Shown here piece by piece: positions 1-9,212 of a stretch of 36,648 bases of DNA. Under the pieces are notes generated by a model. It was not told where the DNA came from. It did no database searches and saw only the letters and a program-made list of their open reading frames with translations. The stretch spans positions 1-36,648 of the forward strand of contig DAHWBL010000245.1 in assembly GCA_027323595.1 (NCBI GenBank). The letters are read 5' to 3'. Origin of the DNA: Acetobacteraceae bacterium (GTDB taxonomy: Bacteria; Pseudomonadota; Alphaproteobacteria; Acetobacterales; Acetobacteraceae). Each line of letters begins with the position of its first letter. The first letter of the stretch is position 1. Made by a program: the position numbers and the translations under genes.

Positions 1-136
1 GCAGCGACATCGGCAGCGGCCGTGCCAGCTCGCTCACCGGCGCCGGCCCGCGGGTGAGCCGCTCGACCATCGCCCGCCGGGCCGGGTCCGCCAGCGCGTG
101 GAACAGCACATCGAGGTCGGGCGATTGGTTAAGCAT
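1..136 (-). CDS. ArsR/SmtB-family winged-helix transcriptional regulator, N-terminal fragment (gene runs off the left edge)
   Basis: Not in the ORF track because it is edge-truncated. The reverse complement from ATG (134-136) reads MLNQSPDLDVLFHALADPARRAMVERLTRGPAPVSELARPLPMSL. This is the typical ArsR-type opening (F.ALADP.RR.....L....). Confidence 0.6.
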   Translation of the reverse strand, partial: MLNQSPDLDVLFHALADPARRAMVERLTRGPAPVSELARPLPMSL

Positions 137-144
137 ATGCCTAA
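129..144. promoter_or_regulatory. Near-palindrome TTAAGCATATGCCTAA overlapping the ArsR start codon (candidate autoregulatory operator)
   Basis: 14 of 16 positions are self-complementary around a CATATG core. It is an AT-rich spot in GC-rich DNA and sits exactly on the start codon of the ArsR-type gene. Confidence 0.3.
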
Positions 145-258
145 CTATCAACCCGCGCATGGTTTGGCAATCCCTCGTGGGTCTCCCGCGCCAAGGATAG
201 TTCACACCCGGCCACCCGGACCGTGCTAGGGTGACCTCCAACCAGGAAAGTCAAAGCC

Positions 259-393
259 ATGGCCAAGGGTCAGCAACGCGGCAACCGTGAGGCCAAAAAG
301 CCGAAAGCCACCAAAAAGCCGGCCGCCGCCGCCACCGCTTCCTTCATCAAACCCACCGCCGCACCCCTGCCATCCAAAACCCGCGGCAAATAA
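259..393 (+). CDS. Small lysine-rich basic protein (44 aa), hypothetical
   Basis: Below the ORF-track size cutoff. ATG 259 is preceded by AGGAAAG (244-250). It reads MAKGQQRGNREAKKPKATKKPAAAATASFIKPTAAPLPSKTRGK with stop TAA 391-393. Third codon positions are mostly G/C. Confidence 0.5.
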   Translation: MAKGQQRGNREAKKPKATKKPAAAATASFIKPTAAPLPSKTRGK

Positions 394-417
394 CCCGCCC
401 ATGCGCGCCCGGGACGG

Positions 418-446
418 TTGACGCCCGCCCCGGCGCGCGCGATAAG
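418..446 (+). promoter_or_regulatory. Candidate sigma70-type promoter for rpmB
   Basis: TTGACG (418-423), a 17-nt spacer, then GATAAG (441-446), about 70 nt upstream of the rpmB ATG. The -10 match is weak. Confidence 0.3.
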
Positions 447-513
447 CCCGCCTTCACGGCCCCCGCCACCCGGCAGGGGCCGGATTTTCGTCGCCGCTAC
501 CCGAGGTGTCCAA

Positions 514-819
514 ATGTCCCGCCGCTGCCAGATGACCGGCAAGGGCGTGCTGACCGGCAACAACGTCAGCCACGCCAACAACAAGAGCCGCCGCCGTTTC
601 CTGCCCAATCTGCAGGTCACGTCGCTGCTGTCCGACGTGCTGGGCTCCAGCATCCGGTTGCGCCTGTCCACCCGCGCGATCCGCACCATCGAGCATAATG
701 GCGGCATCGACGCCTTCCTGCTCACCACACCCAATCGCGATCTGCCGCCCGACGCGCAAACGCTGAAGCGCCGCATCGCCCGCGCGCGCACCAAGCGCGA
801 GGCCGCCACCGCCTCCTGA
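514..819 (+). CDS. rpmB: 50S ribosomal protein L28 (bL28)
   Basis: ORF track 418-819 trimmed to the internal ATG 514. [34 protein letters not shown] is the canonical L28 N-terminus. 101 aa. Confidence 0.95.
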   Translation: MSRRCQMTGKGVLTGNNVSHANNKSRRRFLPNLQVTSLLSDVLGSSIRLRLSTRAIRTIEHNGGIDAFLLTTPNRDLPPDAQTLKRRIARARTKREAATAS

Positions 820-850
820 TCGGGGCGGCCGGTCCCATCCGGAAGTGACA

Positions 851-879
851 AGGCGGCGTTAACGCCGCCTTTATCTTTT
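851..879 (+). terminator. Rho-independent terminator after rpmB
   Basis: Perfect palindrome AGGCGGCGTTAACGCCGCCT (851-870) followed by TTATCTTTT. Confidence 0.8.
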
Positions 880-896
880 CGGCCCAGCCTCGCCGG

Positions 897-1580
897 ATGC
901 TTCCCAGCCCCGCGCCGCGCGACGCCGTCGATCACGCCCTCGCCGCGAACCTGCGCGCCGGCGCGCTGGAGCTTCGCGTGCCGGTCCTGTCGCTGATGGC
1001 CGAGGCCGAAACCCTCGCCCGCCTGCCCCAGGACGCCTCCTCCGCCGCCACCCTGCGCGCCATCGCCACCCAGTTGCTCCATCTCGCCGACGATCTGCAC
1101 GACACCGCCTGCCCGGCCCTGCCGCCCACGCTGTGCGACGAGCATGTCGCCCTCGCCCCGATCATCGCCGCCGCGATCGAAGGGCTGGATCTGCTGCTCG
1201 GCCCGATGCGCCGGCATGTGCGCACCACCGCCGCCCTCGCGGGCCTGGTCGTCCTGGCCGATCGCCGCGCCATGTCACACACCCTGCAACGGGTCCTGTT
1301 CAACGCCGCCCGCTTCACCCAGCCAGGCGGCTGGATCGACCTGTCGGTCGAAAACCCTCCCGGCTGGATCGAGATCATCGTCCAGGACGAAGGCAGCCTG
1401 CTGCCCGGCGCCGCCCCCGGCACCGGCGGCACCACCGACCGCCGCGGCCTCACCCTCGGGCTGGCCATGGCACGCCGGCTGGTGGAGGCGCAGGGCGGCA
1501 GGCTGGGCCTCGCCTCGGCCGAGCAGGCCGGCAACCGCGTCGTCATCAGCCTGCCCGCCTCCCGCCGCATCGCCGCCTAA
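897..1580 (+). CDS. Soluble histidine-kinase-like protein (DHp + HATPase_c only) with a degenerate H-box
   Basis: ORF track 897-1580, 227 aa, high GC3. The C-terminal half has N-box-like RVLFNAARFT, G1-like IIVQDEGSL and G2-like RGLTLGLAMARRLVEAQGGRL. The expected H-box reads GALELRVPVLSL, with Leu where the phospho-accepting His of SHELRTPL sits. No TM or sensor domain is evident. Confidence 0.7.
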   Translation: MLPSPAPRDAVDHALAANLRAGALELRVPVLSLMAEAETLARLPQDASSAATLRAIATQLLHLADDLHDTACPALPPTLCDEHVALAPIIAAAIEGLDLLLGPMRRHVRTTAALAGLVVLADRRAMSHTLQRVLFNAARFTQPGGWIDLSVENPPGWIEIIVQDEGSLLPGAAPGTGGTTDRRGLTLGLAMARRLVEAQGGRLGLASAEQAGNRVVISLPASRRIAA

Positions 1581-1686
1581 GCCGCCCGTCCGGCCGCGCG
1601 CTCCGAACGGCAGCCATGCACGCCGCCCCCTCTTCGCGCGCGCCGCCGACCCGCTATGTCTGCATCTGAAACGGGGGCATCAGACC

Positions 1687-2943
1687 ATGCAGCAAACTGT
1701 CGCGCCGACGATCGAACCGGGCACATCCCCCGCCGTCGCCACCCCCGCTCCCGTCGCCGTCACCACCTTTTCGATCCTCGCCTTCCTCGGCCTGTCGCAT
1801 TTCCTCAATGACGTGATCCAGTCATTGGTCCCCTCGATCTACCCGATGCTGAAAACCCGCCTCGCGCTGGATTTCAGCCAGATCGGGCTGATCACCTTCA
1901 CCTTCCAGGGCTGCGCCTCGCTGCTGCAACCGCTGATCGGCCTGCTCGGCGACCGCAAGCCGCGCCCGTGGCTGCTGCCCGCGGGCATGATCGCCACCCT
2001 GATCGGGCTGCTGGCGCTGTCGCGCGCCAACAATCTCAGCCACCTGCTGGTCGCCGCCGGCATGGTCGGGCTCGGCTCCTCGGTGTTCCACCCTGAGGCA
2101 TCGCGCGTCGCCCGCCTCGCCTCGGGCGGCCGGCATGGGCTCGCGCAATCGATGTTCCAGGTCGGCGGCAACGCCGGCAGCGCCACCGGCCCGCTGCTCG
2201 CCGCCTTCATCGTGCTGCCGTTCGGACAGGGCTCGATCGCCTGGTTCTCCCTGGTCGCCCTGCTCGCCATCCTTCTGCTCAGCCGCGTCGCCACCTGGCA
2301 CGCCGCCAACCGCCGCCCGCGCGCCACCCGCACGCTCGCCACCGCGCAGGCCCTGCCGCGGGGCCGCGTGGTGCTCGCCATCTGCGTGCTGTTCATGCTG
2401 CTGATGTCGAAATTCATCTACACCACCAGCCTGTCGAGCTACCTCACCTTCTACCTCATCGAGCGCTTCGACGTGTCGGTGCGCGACGCGCAGCTGATCC
2501 TGTTCGCCTACCTCGCGGCGATGGCGGTCGGCACCTTGTGCGGCGGCCCGCTCGGCGACCGGATCGGGCGCAAATACGTCATCTGGGGCTCGATCCTGGG
2601 CGTGCTGCCCTTCACCCTGGCGCTGCCCCATGTCGGGCTCACCGCGACCGTGGTGCTGGTGGTGGTGATCGGGCTGATCATCTCCGCGGCGTTCGCGGCG
2701 ATCATCGTCTATGCGCAGGAACTCGTGCCCGGCCGTGTGGGCATGATCGCCGGCGTGTTCTTCGGCCTCGCGTTCGGCATCAGCGCGCTGGGTGCCGCCG
2801 CCCTGGGCGCGCTCGCCGACGCGCGCGGCATCGATTTCGTCTACATGGTCTGCGGCTTTCTGCCCGCGATCGGCCTGCTCGCGGTGCTGCTGCCGCGCAG
2901 CCCGCGCCCGGCCAACCGCTTCCGCGTCGCCGCTACGAAATAA
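1687..2943 (+). CDS. fsr: MFS transporter, Fsr (fosmidomycin-resistance) family
   Basis: ORF track 1144-2943 trimmed to ATG 1687, because the upstream part overlaps the kinase-like gene. LSHFLNDVIQSLVPSIYPML, SSVFHPEASRVARLASGGRHGLAQSMFQVGGNAGSATGPLLAA closely parallel E. coli Fsr. Confidence 0.85.
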   Translation: MQQTVAPTIEPGTSPAVATPAPVAVTTFSILAFLGLSHFLNDVIQSLVPSIYPMLKTRLALDFSQIGLITFTFQGCASLLQPLIGLLGDRKPRPWLLPAGMIATLIGLLALSRANNLSHLLVAAGMVGLGSSVFHPEASRVARLASGGRHGLAQSMFQVGGNAGSATGPLLAAFIVLPFGQGSIAWFSLVALLAILLLSRVATWHAANRRPRATRTLATAQALPRGRVVLAICVLFMLLMSKFIYTTSLSSYLTFYLIERFDVSVRDAQLILFAYLAAMAVGTLCGGPLGDRIGRKYVIWGSILGVLPFTLALPHVGLTATVVLVVVIGLIISAAFAAIIVYAQELVPGRVGMIAGVFFGLAFGISALGAAALGALADARGIDFVYMVCGFLPAIGLLAVLLPRSPRPANRFRVAATK

Positions 2944-4819
2944 ACCCGTCCCCCCGCAGCCGCGCGATCACCATCTGCGCGAGGCTGTCGGCGTCTTCAT
3001 CCACCGTGCGCAGATGCACATCCGGATCGAGCGGCGCCTCATAGGGCGCGTCCAGGCCGGTGAAGTTGCGAATCTCGCCGGCCGCTGCACGCGCATACAG
3101 CCCCTTGGGGTCGCGCCGCTGGCACTCCTCGATCGGCGTATCGACGAACACCTCCAGAAATTCGCCCGGCTCGAAACGCTCGCGCGCGGCGGCCCGGTCG
3201 GACCGGTACGGGCTGATGAACGACACCAGCACGATCAGCCCGGCCTCGGTCATCAGCCGCGCCGCCTCGGCCGCGCGGCGGATGTTCTCCACCCGGTCGG
3301 CTTCCGAAAAACCCAGATCCCGGTTGAGCCCATGGCGAACATTGTCGCCATCGAGGATCATGCCATGAAACCCGGCCGCATAGAGCTTGCGTTCCACCAG
3401 ATCGGCGATGGTGGATTTGCCCGCCCCCGACAGGCCGGTGAACCACAGCACCGCCGGCTTCTGCCCCTTCAGCGCGGCGCGCGCGGCCTTGTCCACCGTC
3501 ATCCGGTGCCATACCACCGCGGGCGCGGCCGCGGGAATTCGCCGCACCACACCCACGCCCACGGTTGCATTGCTCTGCCGGTCGATCACAACAAAGCCGC
3601 CCAGATCAGGACAATCCACGAACCGCTCGCTCGCCACGGGTGCCGACAGCGCCACCGCAACCCGCCCCACATCATTGACGCCCAGCCGCTCGGCGGGCAG
3701 GGCGGCGAAGCTGTCCACGTCGATGCGATGTTGCAGCTTGGCGACCGCGCCTGGCACAAGCCGTGTGCCCAGCCTGAAGAAATAGGAGCGCCCGACGAAC
3801 AGCGGGGTCTGCGACAGCCACAGAAGATCCGCCTCGAACCGGTCGGTGAGCGCAACAGGTGCCGCCGGCGCGCACAGCACATCACCGCGCGAGATGTCGC
3901 GCTGCTGGTCGATCAACAGCGTCACCCCATCGCCCTGCCGCGCCACCTCTGCGTCCTTCCCACGCGCGATGATGCGGGTGACGGTGGTCCGCGCGTCCTG
4001 CCCCGCGACCATGATCTGATCGCCGCGACGCACCAGCCCACGCGCGATGGTGCCGCAATAGCCTCGGAAATCCGCGTTCGGACGCGCGACCAGTTGCACC
4101 GGCATCCGAAACGATTCCGCCAGCGGCTCGGGCGCAAAATCGATCGCCTCCAGATGTTGCAGCAGCGTCGGGCCGTCATACCAGCCCATGCGCGGGCCGG
4201 GGGTGACGACATTGTCGCCATCGCGCGCCGAGATCGGAATCGCCCGCACGCTGGCGAAGCCAAGCTCGGCGACCGCGGCCAGATAATCGGCGACAAGCCC
4301 GGCGAAACGCGCCGCCTCGAACCCCACCAGGTCCATCTTGTTCACCGCCAGCACCACATGGCGCACGCCCATCAGCGCCGCGATGAAGGAGTGCCGCCGG
4401 GTCTGGCGCATGATGCCCGCGCGCGCATCCACCAGCACCACTGCAAGGTCCGCGTTGGCCGCGCCGGACGCCATGTTGCGTGTATATTGCTCATGGCCCG
4501 GACAATCGGCGACGATGAAGCGCCGCCGCCCGGTGGCGAAGAACCGCCAGGCGACATCGATGGTGATGCCCTGCTCGCGCTCGTCATCGAGCCCATCGAC
4601 CAGCAGCGCGAAATCCAGATCGTCGCCGGTGGTGCCGTATTTTTTCGATTCCCGCACAAGTGCCGCGCGTTGGTCATCGGTCAGCAGATCGCGATCATGC
4701 AGCAGCCGGCCAAGCAGGGTGGATTTGCCATCATCCACGCTGCCGCATGTCAAAAACCGCAGCGTATCGACCGGCGAACCGGTCGTCGCACCGCCGATCG
4801 CGGCAGCCCGAGGGTCCAT
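2933..4819 (-). CDS. cysNC: Bifunctional sulfate adenylyltransferase subunit 1 / adenylylsulfate (APS) kinase (CysN-CysC fusion, NodQ-like)
   Basis: GTPase motifs GSVDDGKSTLLGRLL, DCPGHEQY and NKMD. The C-terminal APS-kinase module has P-loop GLSGAGKSTIA and DGDNVRHGLNRDLGF. The ATG overlaps the cysD stop by 1 nt (TGATG). Confidence 0.93.
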   Translation of the reverse strand: MDPRAAAIGGATTGSPVDTLRFLTCGSVDDGKSTLLGRLLHDRDLLTDDQRAALVRESKKYGTTGDDLDFALLVDGLDDEREQGITIDVAWRFFATGRRRFIVADCPGHEQYTRNMASGAANADLAVVLVDARAGIMRQTRRHSFIAALMGVRHVVLAVNKMDLVGFEAARFAGLVADYLAAVAELGFASVRAIPISARDGDNVVTPGPRMGWYDGPTLLQHLEAIDFAPEPLAESFRMPVQLVARPNADFRGYCGTIARGLVRRGDQIMVAGQDARTTVTRIIARGKDAEVARQGDGVTLLIDQQRDISRGDVLCAPAAPVALTDRFEADLLWLSQTPLFVGRSYFFRLGTRLVPGAVAKLQHRIDVDSFAALPAERLGVNDVGRVAVALSAPVASERFVDCPDLGGFVVIDRQSNATVGVGVVRRIPAAAPAVVWHRMTVDKAARAALKGQKPAVLWFTGLSGAGKSTIADLVERKLYAAGFHGMILDGDNVRHGLNRDLGFSEADRVENIRRAAEAARLMTEAGLIVLVSFISPYRSDRAAARERFEPGEFLEVFVDTPIEECQRRDPKGLYARAAAGEIRNFTGLDAPYEAPLDPDVHLRTVDEDADSLAQMVIARLRGDGFIS

Positions 4820-5724
4820 CAGAAATATCCCTCGCGCTTTTTCTTTTCCATGCTGTCGGCCTCGTCACGGTCGATCAGCCGGCCACCGCGTTCGCTGCTG
4901 CGCGCGGCGAAAATCTCGTCGACCACCTCGGACACGCTGCCCGCATCCGACACCGTGGCCGCCGTCAGCGGGTAGCACCCCAGCGAGCGGAACCGCACCC
5001 GCCTGGTCTGCGCGACCTCGCCGGGCGCAAGGCGCATGCGCGCGTCATCCACCATGATCAGGCTGCCGTCGCGCTCCACCGTCGGCCGGTCGGCGGCCAG
5101 ATACAGCGGCACGATCTCGATGTTCTCGCGCAGGATGTAGCTCCAGATGTCGAGCTCGGTCCAGTTCGACAGCGCAAACACGCGCATGCTCTCGCCCGGA
5201 TTGGTGCGCCCATTATAGAGCCGCCAGAACTCCGGCCGCTGATTTTTCGGGTCCCACCGATGATTCGCATCACGGAACGAAAAAACCCTTTCCTTGGCGC
5301 GGGATTTTTCCTCGTCACGGCGCGCGCCACCGAACGCCGCATCGAACCCGTGCTCGCTCAACGCACGCTTCAGCGGCTCGGTCTTCATCGCGTTGGTGTA
5401 AAAAGCGCTGCCATGGTCGAACGGATTGATCCCCGCGGCCGCGCCCTCCTCGTTGCGATGCACGATCAGCTCCAGCCCCAGCCGCGCCACCGTGGCATCG
5501 CGAAACGCGATCATCTCGCGAAACTTCCAGCCGGTATCGACATGCAGCAGCGGGAACGGCAACGGACCGGGATGAAACGCCTTGCGCATCAGATGCAGCA
5601 GGACCGAGGAATCCTTGCCGATGGAATAAAGAAAAACCGGTGCGCGACACTGCGCGACCACCTCGCGGATGATGTGGATGCTCTCGTTTTCGAGCCAGTC
5701 CAGATGATCCGCCGGCGCGCTCAC
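4819..5724 (-). CDS. cysD: Sulfate adenylyltransferase subunit 2 (CysD, NodP-like)
   Basis: ORF track 4819-6426 trimmed to GTG 5724 ([22 protein letters not shown]). Has PP-loop [21 protein letters not shown], and ends [11 protein letters not shown] like E. coli CysD. 301 aa. The start overlaps the rfbD stop (GTGA). Confidence 0.93.
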   Translation of the reverse strand: MSAPADHLDWLENESIHIIREVVAQCRAPVFLYSIGKDSSVLLHLMRKAFHPGPLPFPLLHVDTGWKFREMIAFRDATVARLGLELIVHRNEEGAAAGINPFDHGSAFYTNAMKTEPLKRALSEHGFDAAFGGARRDEEKSRAKERVFSFRDANHRWDPKNQRPEFWRLYNGRTNPGESMRVFALSNWTELDIWSYILRENIEIVPLYLAADRPTVERDGSLIMVDDARMRLAPGEVAQTRRVRFRSLGCYPLTAATVSDAGSVSEVVDEIFAARSSERGGRLIDRDEADSMEKKKREGYF

Positions 5725-6590
5725 CCTGCCAGCTCCCCGGCGGCGAACAGCTGGTCGATCACCGCGTCCAGGCTTTGCCGCCAGGGCGGCAGACGCACGC
5801 CAAATCGCGCCGCGAGCAGGCTGCAATCCAGCCGCGAATCCGCCGGCCGGCGCGTGGGCGTCGGCCAATCCTCGGTGCGGATCGCGACCACCTCGGGTGA
5901 CGCCACCCCATGCCGCGCGGCGGCGGCGAAAATCGCCTCGGCGAACCCGTGCCAGCTCGTCCATCCCTGCCCGGCGGCATGCACGATGCCGCCAGGCGCA
6001 TCCGCCATGCGTGCCAGCACATCCAAAATCGCCCGCGCCAGGGCCGGCGCGGCGGTCGGACAGCCGATCTGATCGGACACCACCCGCAAGGTCGCATGCC
6101 GCCGGCCCGCATCCAGCATGGTGCGCAAAAAATTTCGCCCGGTGGCGGCATAGACCCACGAGGTGCGCAAGATCACCGCGTCCGGACATGCGTGCAGCAC
6201 CGCCTGTTCGCCGGCGAGCTTGCTCGCCCCATACACCCCGCTCGGCGCCGGCGGATCGGTCTCGACATAGGGCGCACCCTTGGTGCCATCGAAAACATAG
6301 TCGGTGCTGACATGAACAAATGGAATGTCGTGCTCCGCGCACAGGCGCGCAAGCCGGCCCGGCCCATCGCAGTTGGCCCGCCAGGCGGCATCGCGATGGC
6401 TCTCGGCGAGGTCCACCGCGGTCCATGCCGCCGCGTTGATCAGCGCGTCAGGGCGCGCGGTCGCGAACAACGCATCGATGCTGGACGGCTCATCGAAGTC
6501 GAATTCCGGCCGCCCGACCACACGCACCAGCGGCGACAGCGCGGCGAGCGCGGTCGCGAGCTGGCCGGAACCGCCGGTGACGAGGATCAT
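5721..6590 (-). CDS. rfbD: dTDP-4-dehydrorhamnose reductase
   Basis: [12 protein letters not shown] Rossmann start, [20 protein letters not shown] (YxxxK), 289 aa. The ATG overlaps the rfbC stop (ATGA). Confidence 0.9.
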   Translation of the reverse strand: MILVTGGSGQLATALAALSPLVRVVGRPEFDFDEPSSIDALFATARPDALINAAAWTAVDLAESHRDAAWRANCDGPGRLARLCAEHDIPFVHVSTDYVFDGTKGAPYVETDPPAPSGVYGASKLAGEQAVLHACPDAVILRTSWVYAATGRNFLRTMLDAGRRHATLRVVSDQIGCPTAAPALARAILDVLARMADAPGGIVHAAGQGWTSWHGFAEAIFAAAARHGVASPEVVAIRTEDWPTPTRRPADSRLDCSLLAARFGVRLPPWRQSLDAVIDQLFAAGELAG

Positions 6591-7141
6591 GCAAACCAGT
6601 CCGCGGCGGCGGAGAAATCCGGCAACACCTGATCCTTGTCCGACAGCACCGCGCGCTCCGCCGACACCGGCCAGTCGATGCCAAGTGCGGGATCGTTCCA
6701 GATCACCCCGCGCTCGCAGCCGCGATCATAATAGGCGCTGCATTTATAGGCGACCTCGGTGTCGGGTTCGAGCGTGCAGAATCCATGCAAAAACCCGACC
6801 GGCACCCAGAATTGCGCGTTGTTCTCGGCCGACAGCATCGCGCCGACATGCTGGCCATAGGTGGGCGAACCCGCCCGCGCATCCACCGCGACATCAAAGA
6901 TCGCGCCGCGCAGCACCCGCACCAGCTTGCCCTGCGCATGCGGGGCGACCTGGCAATGCAGCCCGCGAACGGTACCCACCGGGCCGGAGAAGCTCTGATT
7001 GTCCTGCACCAGCCCCGGCCCGACGCCCGCCGCGCTCCAGCCATCGGCACGATAGGTCTCGCTGAACCAGCCGCGCGCGTCGCCAAACCGTCGCGGCGTG
7101 ATCAGCAGCACCCCCTCGATGCCGAAACGCTGCGTCTGCAT
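6587..7141 (-). CDS. rfbC: dTDP-4-dehydrorhamnose 3,5-epimerase
   Basis: GVLLITPRRFGDARGWFSETY, RGLHCQ, KLVRVLRGAIFDVAVD, VPVGFLHGF. 184 aa, typical RmlC. Confidence 0.93.
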   Translation of the reverse strand: MQTQRFGIEGVLLITPRRFGDARGWFSETYRADGWSAAGVGPGLVQDNQSFSGPVGTVRGLHCQVAPHAQGKLVRVLRGAIFDVAVDARAGSPTYGQHVGAMLSAENNAQFWVPVGFLHGFCTLEPDTEVAYKCSAYYDRGCERGVIWNDPALGIDWPVSAERAVLSDKDQVLPDFSAAADWFA

Positions 7142-8013
7142 CAGGAGCGTTCCCCATCCGCCAGCTCACGCAAAAAGCGCCCCAGCTCGGTCTTGCCGAT
7201 CGTGCCCGCCTGCACCCGCAGCTGGTCGGCATCGATGAAGCCCATCCGATAGGCCACCTCTTCGGGGCACCCCACCAGCAGCCCCTGGCGGGACTGGATG
7301 GTCTGCACGAAGGTCGCCGCCTGCAACAGGCTGTCGGGCATCCCGGCATCCAGCCACGCGCAGCCGCGCCCCAGCCGCTCCACATGCAGTTGCCCGCGCT
7401 CCAGATAGACCCTGTTGAGATCAGTGATCTCCAGCTCGCCGCGCGCCGAGGGCTGAAGCGCGCGGGCATATTCGGTGACGTGCGAATCGTAGAAATAAAG
7501 CCCCGTCACCGCCCAGTTGCTTTTCGGCTGGCTCGGCTTCTCGACGATCTCGATCGCCCGCCCGCTCGCATCGAAGCTGACCACGCCATAGCGCTCGGGG
7601 TCGCGCACCTGATAGGCGAACACCGTCGCACCTTCGCGCCGCGCCGCCGCCTGGAGCATCACCGACAGATGATCGCCAAAGATCATGTTGTCGCCAAGCA
7701 CCAACGCACAGGGCGCGCCATCGATCCAGTCCGCACCAATGGTGAAGGCCTGCGCGATGCCATCCGGAGATGGCTGCTCGGCAAACGAGATGTTCAACCC
7801 GAGCTGGCTGCCGTCGCCAAACAGCCGGCGAAACTGCGGCAGGTCCACCGGCGTCGAGATCACCAGAATGTCGCGAATGCCCGCCAGCATCAGCACCGTC
7901 AGCGGATAATAGATCATCGGCTTGTCATAGACTGGCAGCAACTGCTTCGATGTCGCCAGCGTCATCGGATGCAGCCGCGTGCCCGAGCCGCCCGCCAGCA
8001 ATATGCCCTTCAT
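7141..8013 (-). CDS. rfbA: Glucose-1-phosphate thymidylyltransferase
   Basis: ORF track 7141-8076 trimmed to ATG 8013: [38 protein letters not shown]. 290 aa. The start overlaps the rfbB stop (ATGA). Confidence 0.93.
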   Translation of the reverse strand: MKGILLAGGSGTRLHPMTLATSKQLLPVYDKPMIYYPLTVLMLAGIRDILVISTPVDLPQFRRLFGDGSQLGLNISFAEQPSPDGIAQAFTIGADWIDGAPCALVLGDNMIFGDHLSVMLQAAARREGATVFAYQVRDPERYGVVSFDASGRAIEIVEKPSQPKSNWAVTGLYFYDSHVTEYARALQPSARGELEITDLNRVYLERGQLHVERLGRGCAWLDAGMPDSLLQAATFVQTIQSRQGLLVGCPEEVAYRMGFIDADQLRVQAGTIGKTELGRFLRELADGERS

Positions 8014-9092
8014 CGCCCATCCCCCGCCCGACCGAGCCGCTCGCCGCGATAGCCGCCGGCCTTGATCGCCTGCCACCAGCTCTCATGATCCAGATACCAG
8101 CCGATGGCGCGCCTCAATCCGGTCTCGAAATCATGCTCGGCGGTCCAATGCAGCACCGTCTCACCATGCATCGGATCGATCTCATATCGAAAATCATGGC
8201 CGGGCCGATCGGTCACGAACCAGATCAGCCGCCGGCGCGACCCGCCCGGATCAGGGCGCAGGTCGTCCACGATGTCACAGATCGCCTGCACCACCTGCAA
8301 ATTGCTGCGCGGCTGGCGCGCGCCGATCGCGTAGGTCTCACCGGCCCGCCCGGTCATCAGCACCCGCACCAGCGCCTGGGCATGATCCTCGACGAACAGC
8401 CAGTCGCGAATGTTGGAACCATCGCCGTAAACCGGCAGCGACGCGCCCGCGAGCGCGTTCAGCGTCACCAGCGGAATGAGCTTCTCGGGGAACTGCCACG
8501 GCCCGTAATTGTTGGTGGTGTTCGACACCATCGTCGGCAGCCCGAACGTATGGTGCCAGGCCCGCACCAGATGATCCGACGCCGCCTTGGACGCCGAATA
8601 GGGGCTGCGCGGATCATAGGCGGTGGTCTCGGTGAACGGCGGATCGTCATGCGCCAGCGCGCCGAAAACCTCGTCGGTCGAGACGTGATGAAACCGGAAC
8701 GTCTCGGCCCGCTCCGGCGCCAGCCCGGCGAAATAGGCCCGCGCCGCCTCCAACAACACATAGGTGCCGACGATGTTGGTCTCGATGAACGGCCCGGGCC
8801 CGTCGATCGAGCGATCGACATGGCTTTCGGCCGCCAGATGCATGACCATGTCCGGCCGGTGGGTGTCGAACACCGCGCGCATCGCCGCCGGGTCCACGAT
8901 ATCGGCATGCACATGCACATGCCGCGGATGCCCCCAGGCTTCCTCCAGCGCATCGGTGGAGGCGGCGTAGGTCAGCTTGTCCACATTGATCACGACATGA
9001 TCGGTGTCCCTGATCAGATGCCGCACCACCGCCGAGCCAATGAAGCCGCAGCCTCCAGTCAACATGATCGTTCGCGACACGCTGGTCTCCAC
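8010..9092 (-). CDS. rfbB: dTDP-glucose 4,6-dehydratase
   Basis: [42 protein letters not shown] (YxxxK). The start is uncertain: GTG 9092 as in the ORF track, or ATG 9065 (MLTGG). Confidence 0.9.
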   Translation of the reverse strand: METSVSRTIMLTGGCGFIGSAVVRHLIRDTDHVVINVDKLTYAASTDALEEAWGHPRHVHVHADIVDPAAMRAVFDTHRPDMVMHLAAESHVDRSIDGPGPFIETNIVGTYVLLEAARAYFAGLAPERAETFRFHHVSTDEVFGALAHDDPPFTETTAYDPRSPYSASKAASDHLVRAWHHTFGLPTMVSNTTNNYGPWQFPEKLIPLVTLNALAGASLPVYGDGSNIRDWLFVEDHAQALVRVLMTGRAGETYAIGARQPRSNLQVVQAICDIVDDLRPDPGGSRRRLIWFVTDRPGHDFRYEIDPMHGETVLHWTAEHDFETGLRRAIGWYLDHESWWQAIKAGGYRGERLGRAGDGR

Positions 9093-9212
9093 CGGGATAG
9101 CGGCTCATAGCAAGTCAGACGCCCCCGGACAACGCGGCCCCGACGACGCGACTCGTTTTGCTGGCCAATCGCCGGGCAGGCTGTTAGTCATCCCCCCGAA
9201 CAGGGCGCGTGG

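Noticed and set aside
270-1217. 315-aa minus-strand ORF
   Set aside because: It runs antisense through rpmB, its terminator and the kinase-like gene. An ORF crossing a strong bidirectional-looking hairpin terminator, with Gly/Arg-rich composition, is not credible.
1581-1620. Possible hairpin CCGTCCGG...CCGAACGG after the kinase-like gene as a terminator
   Set aside because: The stem is imperfect with a C-A mismatch, and there is no T-tract. This is not convincing.
2792-4975. 727-aa plus-strand ORF
   Set aside because: Antisense shadow of cysNC and the end of cysD. The real genes on the minus strand carry GTPase and APS-kinase motifs.
4660-6072. 470-aa plus-strand ORF
   Set aside because: Antisense to cysD and rfbD, with no motifs. 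This is a shadow frame.
5725-6426. N-terminal 234 codons of the 535-aa ORF containing cysD
   Set aside because: This extension overlaps rfbD in another frame and is Arg/Gly/Ala junk. CysD homology begins at the GTG at 5724, which is GTGA-coupled to the rfbD stop.
7770-9110. 446-aa plus-strand ORF
   Set aside because: Antisense to rfbA/rfbB. This is a shadow frame.
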